From an uncultured virus (IMG/VR IMGVR_UViG_3300008116_000020) (lineage: Duplodnaviria; Heunggongvirae; Uroviricota; Caudoviricetes), in the IMG/VR virus record IMGVR_UViG_3300008116_000020, positions 58,157-78,156 of that record: a stretch of 20,000 nucleotides of DNA; one strand, 5' to 3'. Within the stretch, counting starts at the first letter, position 1; each line of letters opens with the position of its first letter. The notes beneath the pieces are model-generated. The model saw only the letters and a program-made list of their open reading frames with translations, ran no database searches and was not told the origin of the DNA. The translations under genes and the position numbers were made by a program. Below, piece by piece: positions 1 through 6,844 of the stretch.

Positions 1-22
1 TAAAACTATTTAAATGTTTCAT
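1..22 (-). CDS. 5' end of a gene running off the window edge (MKHLNSF...), fifth member of the MKxLKxFNE array
   Basis: Reverse complement of 1-22 reads ATG AAA CAT TTA AAT AGT TTT A. It matches the N-terminal motif of the four adjacent minus-strand genes and has an A-rich leader. Confidence 0.65.
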
Positions 23-58
23 ATTTTTATTTTTTTTTTATATTTTTATTTTTTTATA

Positions 59-901
59 TTATAAACTAATTATAACTTTTTCACCTTCAGCTACTATATT
101 TTCACTTGGTATATAATCTAAATGATCTCTTAAAAGATCAACAAATCTATCTAAGAATTCTTTAGATGCATCTTTTATATTTATTGAAATTCCAGATGTG
201 TAAAGTTTATTATCTAATTCCAAACTTCCAAATAATTTAACTGAATTAAATAAAAGAAATGTATTATAACTAAAAGAATATCCTTCATCTTCAATAAGAT
301 ATGATATTGTGTTAATATCTTTTAATAAATCTTTAATTTCTTCATTATTTTTTTTGATATCCTCTTCACTTTTACCATCATTTATGTATTCTGATAATGA
401 GAATAATTTATTTAAAAATTTACATTCTTTTTCATAATCATCTTTATCGATAACTTTCCATATATCCGAATTAGTTTCTACATATCCATTTGATTTCAAA
501 AATCCATGTATAAAAGTCTTAATTTCATTATCATAACCTTTGAATTTATTACAATTAACATCTCGACCCATCTGTATGTCACTTCTAGTTGTGATTTTTC
601 TCCTAATTTTACTTCTAAGTGTGTTTCTATCAAGTCCTCTGTTATTTATCTCATTCAAAAGTTGATCCATAAGTTCACTCAACTGATTGAATGATGCTAA
701 TATTATTTTTGTGTATTGTTCATTAGTAAGATTTCTTCCTATATACTTACACTCATGTGTTATATCACTTACTCTAGGATCCCCAATGGTCCAGTATTTA
801 TTGCTCTCACCTGCGTAATTAGCGCTAGTCAATTGAACTAAGAACTTATCGCTTATTACTGTTAAATCAGTTGCCTCATTAAAATTTTTTAAATATTTCA
901 T
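59..901 (-). CDS. Hypothetical phage protein with MKYLKNFNE N-terminus (putative capsid-targeted internal protein)
   Basis: 280-aa ORF in a tandem minus-strand array; shared N-terminal motif; no recognisable catalytic motif. Confidence 0.8.
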   Translation of the reverse strand: MKYLKNFNEATDLTVISDKFLVQLTSANYAGESNKYWTIGDPRVSDITHECKYIGRNLTNEQYTKIILASFNQLSELMDQLLNEINNRGLDRNTLRSKIRRKITTRSDIQMGRDVNCNKFKGYDNEIKTFIHGFLKSNGYVETNSDIWKVIDKDDYEKECKFLNKLFSLSEYINDGKSEEDIKKNNEEIKDLLKDINTISYLIEDEGYSFSYNTFLLFNSVKLFGSLELDNKLYTSGISINIKDASKEFLDRFVDLLRDHLDYIPSENIVAEGEKVIISL

Positions 902-911
902 ATTTTACTCT

Positions 912-1874
912 TTATTTCTTATAAAATTCTTCTATTTTATCAACTCTTATTAATAATACATTAGAGTCAGTCCAAATTTCATGTCCTGGAGTTGGTTCTT
1001 TTAAATCATAAATTTTTTCATCATCATTATATGTATTCCCTCTATATTCATATGATGGTAAATTTCCAAATGATTTTTTATATTCTAAATAACTCATTTT
1101 CTTAATACCCATAGATTCTGGTGAGAATAAAGTATTTAGAACATCAATAGTTAAAGGTTTTTTTGGATTTTCCGAGAAAACCCAACTATCACCGGATGTA
1201 TCAACTTTACTACAAAATTCTAAAACATCTTCCCAATCTTCAATGGAATCAGCAGCTCGATTGGTCGATGACCTCATCCATGATTCGAAATCAATAGGAT
1301 CATCCGGATACATTAATTCATCTTTTGATTTTGGAATCCTTATAATATTCAGTTTTGATATATTATTAATATCAATATTTTGATTTATTTTATTACCTAT
1401 CAAAACATTTAATAATTTTGAAAACTCATGAGTCAACTCGACATTGTGCATATCAAAATTAGGAACTATTCCCCAATTAGATCCATTAAAAGGGATAACC
1501 CTATATAAGTTATTTCTATATTCCATAAAAGTTCTCATTGAAGTTGAGCATATTAATTGTCTTTTTGGATAAGAACTCCAAGAGTTTAAATGATTTATAA
1601 GAGGAGTGTGTAGATAATTTTTACCAGAAACTCCTTGCATACTTTTTCTATAAGTAACACCATCATGTTTATATGAATTCCTAGGACTCCAATATGATGA
1701 ATTTACATAAAGATATGAATCATTAGATGAAATTGATCTGTATATGGGTCTATCTTCCCATTTAAAATCAGAACATTTTTCTTTTAAAATTCTTTCGAAT
1801 TCTTCTTTAGTTAAACTTTTATTTTCATTTAAATTGAAATTTTCATAAAGTTTCAAATATTTTAAATATCTCAT
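912..1874 (-). CDS. Hypothetical phage protein with MRYLKYLKLYENFNLNE N-terminus
   Basis: 320-aa ORF, 10 nt from the next gene; variant of the N-terminal motif; function unknown. Confidence 0.8.
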   Translation of the reverse strand: MRYLKYLKLYENFNLNENKSLTKEEFERILKEKCSDFKWEDRPIYRSISSNDSYLYVNSSYWSPRNSYKHDGVTYRKSMQGVSGKNYLHTPLINHLNSWSSYPKRQLICSTSMRTFMEYRNNLYRVIPFNGSNWGIVPNFDMHNVELTHEFSKLLNVLIGNKINQNIDINNISKLNIIRIPKSKDELMYPDDPIDFESWMRSSTNRAADSIEDWEDVLEFCSKVDTSGDSWVFSENPKKPLTIDVLNTLFSPESMGIKKMSYLEYKKSFGNLPSYEYRGNTYNDDEKIYDLKEPTPGHEIWTDSNVLLIRVDKIEEFYKK

Positions 1875-1905
1875 ATTAAAATTTTATTTTTATATATATT
1901 TTTTT

Positions 1906-2262
1906 TCATTTATAAAATGAATAACTTGCTGAAGTTATTTTTTCTTCACCTTCATCCGTATCAGTACCAATCTCAAAATATGATAATTGGTATCCGTTAG
2001 ATTTCATATGACCAATTACTGATTTCATATGATAGTAAACCTTCTCTAAGTCTTTAAAATCATTAATAGGTATAATGATTTGAAAATCATTTTTATCAAA
2101 ATCGTCTATCTCATTATTATCAATAATATCTTGCATTGTTATTTCATCACCATCACCATGTAAATATATATCATAATGATCCATTAGATCTTGTAAATAA
2201 TCAACTAAATCAATTAGCTGAAACTCTTCTGAACTTTCGTTAAATTTTTTTAAATGTTTCAT
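1906..2262 (-). CDS. Small acidic hypothetical protein with MKHLKKFNES N-terminus
   Basis: 118-aa ORF; 4-nt start/stop overlap with the upstream gene; shared motif. Confidence 0.8.
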   Translation of the reverse strand: MKHLKKFNESSEEFQLIDLVDYLQDLMDHYDIYLHGDGDEITMQDIIDNNEIDDFDKNDFQIIIPINDFKDLEKVYYHMKSVIGHMKSNGYQLSYFEIGTDTDEGEEKITSASYSFYK

Positions 2263-2654
2263 AATTTATTTAATTTTATATTTATTTCCAAACTCGGTGA
2301 TTTTGTTAATGTCTTTTTTATTTCATATTCTGGGTATTCATCTAATAATCTATTAATACTACTATCAACTCTTTGTGATATTTTTAACCAATTTTCAAAA
2401 AACTCAGTTATCTCAGTATCATTACTATTATATTGACTTGGGTTATAATACCATTGATTAAATGGTTTGTCTATATCAAAACCAATTGAACTTTTCAACC
2501 AAGTTGATATAACTAATCGATAATTAACACTCTTTTTATATGAATATTCACATCTGAAATTATCATCTTCTATTACTTCTCTGAAACAACTTTCGATATA
2601 CTCAATATCCAATTCGTTTTCACTACTTTCATTAAATTTCTTTAAATATTTCAT
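2259..2654 (-). CDS. Hypothetical protein with MKYLKKFNES N-terminus
   Basis: 131-aa ORF; first gene of the minus-strand array; TAATATATA just upstream. Confidence 0.8.
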   Translation of the reverse strand: MKYLKKFNESSENELDIEYIESCFREVIEDDNFRCEYSYKKSVNYRLVISTWLKSSIGFDIDKPFNQWYYNPSQYNSNDTEITEFFENWLKISQRVDSSINRLLDEYPEYEIKKTLTKSPSLEINIKLNKL

Positions 2655-2659
2655 AATTC

Positions 2660-2668
2660 TATATATTA
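2660..2668 (-). promoter_or_regulatory. Candidate phage late-promoter motif TAATATATA
   Basis: Lies 5 nt upstream of the ATG at 2654. Similar ATATATA cores precede the starts at 1874, 10956, 13415 and 14934. Weakened by the AT-rich background. Confidence 0.35.
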
Positions 2669-2694
2669 ATTCTCACTATTCAAAATTAATTTCC

Positions 2695-2702
2695 TATATT
2701 TG
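2695..2702 (+). promoter_or_regulatory. Bacteroidota-type -7 promoter element (TATATTTG)
   Basis: Matches the TAnnTTTG consensus, 13 nt upstream of the ATG at 2716 in a divergent intergenic region. No clear -33 TTTG. Confidence 0.55.
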
Positions 2703-2715
2703 TAAAAAGTATTTT

Positions 2716-3123
2716 ATGTTAAGAGAAGATAATTCAGGATTTGTAATATTTCCAACAAGAACCTCCACGAGGTTTAAAAGATTAGAAGCAGGTAAAACAC
2801 TTGTTTATTTCGTTGCATTTGATATTGAAGATATTAATAGAGGTAAATACTGCCTTTCAAATCTTAACTTAGAATTACCTGGTGAATTCGTCGCAGACGA
2901 TATTTCAAAAAATAATATTTATTTTGATAAAGACGGTTTGTCAATTCAATTAACTACTTCTATTTGTGTTGGGTGGTCAAATTATTCTTATGAAGATAAT
3001 GATGGATCTGATTGGGTTGCTACTTTTGATAAGTTAAGTAATGAGGGTAAGAAACTTTATTACTCTTTAAGAAAGTTACACAATAACAAAGAAATAAGAA
3101 TTTTAACATTTAATAATTACTAA
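2716..3123 (+). CDS. Hypothetical protein
   Basis: 135-aa ORF behind a TAnnTTTG element; no motif recognised. Confidence 0.75.
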   Translation: MLREDNSGFVIFPTRTSTRFKRLEAGKTLVYFVAFDIEDINRGKYCLSNLNLELPGEFVADDISKNNIYFDKDGLSIQLTTSICVGWSNYSYEDNDGSDWVATFDKLSNEGKKLYYSLRKLHNNKEIRILTFNNY

Positions 3124-3126
3124 AAA

Positions 3127-3158
3127 TTTGGTGATTTAGAATAAACTTATTATATTTG
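3127..3158 (+). promoter_or_regulatory. Bacteroidota housekeeping-sigma promoter (-33 TTTG, 20-nt spacer, -7 TATATTTG)
   Basis: TTTG at 3127-3130 and TATATTTG at 3151-3158, matching the TTTG-N19-21-TAnnTTTG consensus; upstream of the ATG at 3183. Confidence 0.7.
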
Positions 3159-3182
3159 TTAAACAAATAAAAAATAGAAACA

Positions 3183-3356
3183 ATGGGAGACGCAATTTTA
3201 AACACTATAACATATATGATATTAATTATCTTTATGATTGGTTTTGGAGTTATTATAACTATTGGTCTTTATAAGTTTATTAATGAAGATTTATTGGGTA
3301 ACAAACCAAAGAAAGATTTTAAAGTTACTAAACCTAACAGAAGTATAAGAAAATAA
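3183..3356 (+). CDS. Small single-pass membrane protein (57 aa; not in the ORF track)
   Basis: Translates as MGDAILNTITYMILIIFMIGFGVIITIGLYKFINEDLLGNKPKKDFKVTKPNRSIRK*: one hydrophobic helix and a basic tail. Fills the gap directly after a consensus promoter. Confidence 0.7.
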   Translation: MGDAILNTITYMILIIFMIGFGVIITIGLYKFINEDLLGNKPKKDFKVTKPNRSIRK

Positions 3357-3377
3357 AAATTTAAATTTATATAAATT

Positions 3378-4946
3378 ATGTCACAAAAAATTTACATTTC
3401 TCCTGAGTTAAAAGAAGTTTTACTTGAAATTCAAGATTCAGTTGTTGCTAAACTTTTATTACAAGATGATCACTCTGATGAAGAATTGGCTACTGATTAT
3501 GTAAACTTTATTTCTATTTCAAAGAAAGATGTAACTAAGATCTCTTATTTACCAAAAGAAAGATCTGAGGGTTTAACATTAGATGAATGTTGGGCTACAA
3601 CAAAACGAGTTATGGCTAAACCAGGTGGTTTTGTTTCTAAAGTGTTTGTTGGTATTTCTGAAAAAGAAGTTGAGAAATTCTCAACACTTTTTAGAAGTGA
3701 GGTAACTAAACCTAAATTGAACTTTAAAGTTGTTAGTGGTGATGATATCAAAAAATACTACCATTATTCAACTTACTGTGAGAAAAATGGTGGATCATTA
3801 CACGCTTCTTGTATGAAGTATGATGGTTGTCAAAGATATTTAGATATCTATTCAAGAAATCCAGAGATTTGTAAAATGGTTGTTCTTTATGACAACGATG
3901 ATACAAGACGAATTGTTGGTAGAGCACTTCTTTGGGAGTTAGATGGTTATAAAATCATGGATCGTATTTATACAATTAGTGATGAAACTTACCAATTCTA
4001 TTTTAAACAATGGGCTACTAAAAATGATTACTTGTTTAAATCAGAACAAAACTGGTTTAATACCAAAAAGTTCGAGAATTTAAATGGTGTTAAGGTTAAC
4101 TTAGACTTAACTGTTAAGTTACCAGGAGTTAATAACTTAGATTATACTCCATATATGGATACCTTTAAGTTTTTAGATTATGATGGTAACCTACATAACG
4201 CTCAACCTAAAGGTAGAGACTACTATACTTTAACTACAACAGATGGTAGAAAACACGGTTATGATTACCTTGTAACTGATGTCTTAGATGATGTTTTGAG
4301 ATATAGACACGACGCTTGTTACCTAAGATATTTAGAGGCTTGGACTTCACCAAACAACTGTAAATATTCTAACATTTTAGATACTTATATCTTGGATAGA
4401 GATTGTGTTTATAATGATGAATTAAGAGACTATATCTTTAATGATGAGCACAAATCTCATAACAATGATGAAAGAATTAACTCTCAGTTAGAATATATCA
4501 GAGAAGAAAAAAGACAACGTGAAGAACGTGATGCTCGAAGAAGAGAAGAAAGACGATTGAGAGATGAACGCGAGGCTCAAGAAAGAGCTGAACGTGAAGC
4601 CAGAAGACAACAAATGATGAGTGAAGCTCAAGGTGACCAAGTTGAAGATATTCGATTATCCGATATTTATCCAAATGATTACCTTGGATTTGGTTTCGGT
4701 GGTGGTGATAGACTTGGTATGTTCGACGCTTATCGTGTTGTTATGGAAAGTATTGAGAGACTACCAGGTGACATAAACAGAGCTGAGTTTGCTCATACTG
4801 TTTTAGATAATTTCAATATGTTATCAAGAGATACTAGAACATTAGACGCATTAGAACACATTATGAACCGTTACATCAGAGGTGGTTATACTATCGAAAA
4901 CAACCGAGACCGTTACGGTTATTACTACGATAGACCAAGATACTAA
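3378..4946 (+). CDS. Conserved-looking phage protein (SCM...GRALLW...MDRIY core) with an R/E-rich helical segment
   Basis: 522-aa ORF; motifs HASCMKY, IVGRALLW, MDRIYT, PYMDTF; charged helix at about 4500-4615. Function not assignable. Confidence 0.75.
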   Translation: MSQKIYISPELKEVLLEIQDSVVAKLLLQDDHSDEELATDYVNFISISKKDVTKISYLPKERSEGLTLDECWATTKRVMAKPGGFVSKVFVGISEKEVEKFSTLFRSEVTKPKLNFKVVSGDDIKKYYHYSTYCEKNGGSLHASCMKYDGCQRYLDIYSRNPEICKMVVLYDNDDTRRIVGRALLWELDGYKIMDRIYTISDETYQFYFKQWATKNDYLFKSEQNWFNTKKFENLNGVKVNLDLTVKLPGVNNLDYTPYMDTFKFLDYDGNLHNAQPKGRDYYTLTTTDGRKHGYDYLVTDVLDDVLRYRHDACYLRYLEAWTSPNNCKYSNILDTYILDRDCVYNDELRDYIFNDEHKSHNNDERINSQLEYIREEKRQREERDARRREERRLRDEREAQERAEREARRQQMMSEAQGDQVEDIRLSDIYPNDYLGFGFGGGDRLGMFDAYRVVMESIERLPGDINRAEFAHTVLDNFNMLSRDTRTLDALEHIMNRYIRGGYTIENNRDRYGYYYDRPRY

Positions 4947-4961
4947 GATAGACCATACTAA
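4929..4961 (+). repeat. Imperfect tandem duplication of the gene's 3' end
   Basis: GATAGACCAAGATACTAA (4929-4946) is followed directly by GATAGACCATACTAA (4947-4961), i.e. DRPRY* then DRPY*. Confidence 0.6.
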
Positions 4962-4991
4962 ACATTTAGATCTCTCATTTATATAAATTAA

Positions 4992-5738
4992 ATGAGAGAT
5001 TTTTTTTTACAGAAATTAGAGTGCTTTAAAGATCCGGATTTTATATTTGACCCAGGTCTACACAAATATACCTATCATGGTGATGTATTTCAATCTGTTA
5101 CACAATTCTTAGGTGAGTTTCACCTTCCATTTGACACCGAAGAGAAATCAAAAAAGAAAGCAGATGATACTGGTTTTGATCAAGAATGGATTAAAGCTGA
5201 GTGGAAAGAAACAAATAGGTATGCTAACGAAGTAGGAACTGCTACTCACGAATGGATTGAGAATTATTACAATAAGATTTGGCAACCACTTCCAGAAAAT
5301 CCAGACATTATACATCGTATAAATAAATTCAATAAGATTTTTTGTAAACAACTCCACAAACTTGATGAAGTTAAGTTTGAGATAAAAGTCTTTTCTAAAA
5401 AATGGAAAAAGGCTGGTACGATAGATGCTCTTTTCATGAAAGATGGTAAGTTATACATACTTGATTGGAAGACGAATAAGAAATTTACGGATGATGATCA
5501 TAAGGATGGTAAGTGGCAGAAGTTATTATGGCCCTTCCAGGACTTCTATAAAAATCATCATAATGAATATTCTATTCAGTTATCTATGTATGCTTGTATT
5601 TTGGAAGAGTGGGGTTTTGAGGTTGCTGGAGCTTACTTAGTTTATATCAGTCCTGGTGAGGAAGAAGCGAGGTTGATTAAATGTAAAGACATGAGAAAAT
5701 ATATTAAACAATATTTTGATAGTGTTAATAAATATTAA
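4992..5738 (+). CDS. PD-(D/E)XK (RecB/Cas4-like) exonuclease
   Basis: Motifs SVTQ, GTATHEWIE, E...AGTID...ILDWKT, and QLSMYA (QxxxY), typical of the RecB-like nuclease family. Confidence 0.85.
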   Translation: MRDFFLQKLECFKDPDFIFDPGLHKYTYHGDVFQSVTQFLGEFHLPFDTEEKSKKKADDTGFDQEWIKAEWKETNRYANEVGTATHEWIENYYNKIWQPLPENPDIIHRINKFNKIFCKQLHKLDEVKFEIKVFSKKWKKAGTIDALFMKDGKLYILDWKTNKKFTDDDHKDGKWQKLLWPFQDFYKNHHNEYSIQLSMYACILEEWGFEVAGAYLVYISPGEEEARLIKCKDMRKYIKQYFDSVNKY

Positions 5739-5790
5739 AAGATGGTCATCCAAATAATATTAGATTAATTAATGAAATTTTATTATCTTT

Positions 5791-6780
5791 ATGAAAATAA
5801 AAAATAATATGCAATCAGAAAAAACCATACAATTCTTAAAAAAATTAAAAGAGAGTGGTAATTGGAATGATAATTATGATTACTCTGAAGTTAATTATAT
5901 TTCAAACAGAGATAAAATAATTATAATTGATCAATATAATATAAAACATCTAATAACACCTTCAAATATACTTAAAGGTACTAATCTAAATATAACAAAT
6001 TCATTAGATAAAAATCTATATCTGAAAAATAAATTTCAAGAAATACATAAGAATAAATATGATTACTCCAAAATTAATTACGTTAACAACGAGACTCTTG
6101 TTGAAATAATATGTCCTGAACATGGTGTTTTTGAGCAAACACCCAATACACACACTAGTGGAAGCGGTTGTCCAAAGTGTGGAATTATTAGAAATGGAGA
6201 TAGTAAAAGAAAAAATATTAATGATTTCATAAAAGAGTCAAATGTTTCTCATAACAATAAATATGATTACTCACTAGTGAAATATAAAAACTCAACAACT
6301 AAAGTTAAAATAATATGTCCGGAACATGGAGAATTTGAGCAAACTCCAAGTAAACATATAAATGGACAAGGTTGTGTTAGATGTTCTAAGATAAACAATA
6401 TTGAAGATTTTATAAAAAAATCAAATGATATACACCGTGGTAAATATAATTATTCACTTGTAGAATATAAAAACTCAACAACTAAAGTTAAAATAATATG
6501 TCCTGAACATGGTGAGTTTGAGCAGTCACCAAATACACATCATAATGGAGGTGGTTGTATTAAATGTTATGGTAATCAAAATACCACAATTGAAGAATTC
6601 ATTTCAAGGTCCAATAAAATACATCAAAGTAAATATAATTATTCTAAATCAGAATATAAAAATTCACACACAAAATTAACAATAATATGTCCAGAACATG
6701 GTGAGTTTGATTTGCTAGGAAATTGCCCCTCAATCACCAGCAAATCATTTAAGTGGGAAAGGATGTTATATATGCAATAA
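5791..6780 (+). CDS. DUF723-like zinc-finger repeat protein; probable N-terminal part of a split Zn-repeat/helicase/MTase gene
   Basis: Four copies of KY(D/N)YS..Y.N..T.V.IICPEHG.F.Q.P..H..G.GC..C plus one degenerate N-terminal copy. The fourth copy breaks after HGEFD and continues in the +1 frame. Alternative start at the ATG at 5809. Confidence 0.8.
   Translation: MKIKNNMQSEKTIQFLKKLKESGNWNDNYDYSEVNYISNRDKIIIIDQYNIKHLITPSNILKGTNLNITNSLDKNLYLKNKFQEIHKNKYDYSKINYVNNETLVEIICPEHGVFEQTPNTHTSGSGCPKCGIIRNGDSKRKNINDFIKESNVSHNNKYDYSLVKYKNSTTKVKIICPEHGEFEQTPSKHINGQGCVRCSKINNIEDFIKKSNDIHRGKYNYSLVEYKNSTTKVKIICPEHGEFEQSPNTHHNGGGCIKCYGNQNTTIEEFISRSNKIHQSKYNYSKSEYKNSHTKLTIICPEHGEFDLLGNCPSITSKSFKWERMLYMQ
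6055..6775 (+). repeat. Intragenic tandem repeats (about 180-205 nt period) encoding Zn-finger units
   Basis: A 40-nt perfect copy AATATAAAAACTCAACAACTAAAGTTAAAATAATATGTCC occurs at 6281-6320 and 6464-6503; TGTCCnGAACATGG is in all four units. Confidence 0.85.
6708..6747 (+). other. 19-nt frameshifting insertion that forms an imperfect hairpin with the downstream sequence
   Basis: TGATTTGCT (6708-6716) pairs with AGCAAATCA (6739-6747); inner GG/CC and ATTG/CAAT pairs; loop CCCCT. Removing 6712-6730 fuses the two ORFs. Confidence 0.75.
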
Positions 6781-6844
6781 GGGATATACTAATAAATTAA
6801 AATTAAATTTATTAAATACGTTAAGTGAGTCAGATCTATTATCA

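Noticed and set aside
4992..5738. Cas4 of a CRISPR-Cas locus
   Set aside because: It lacks the four-Cys Fe-S cluster pattern and no cas genes or array are nearby; a stand-alone phage PD-(D/E)XK nuclease is the simpler call.
6055..6775. Repeats as a CRISPR array or a DGR template/variable repeat pair
   Set aside because: The units are in-frame protein repeats with mostly synonymous differences, not constant repeats with unique spacers. Differences are not adenine-specific and there is no reverse transcriptase in the window.
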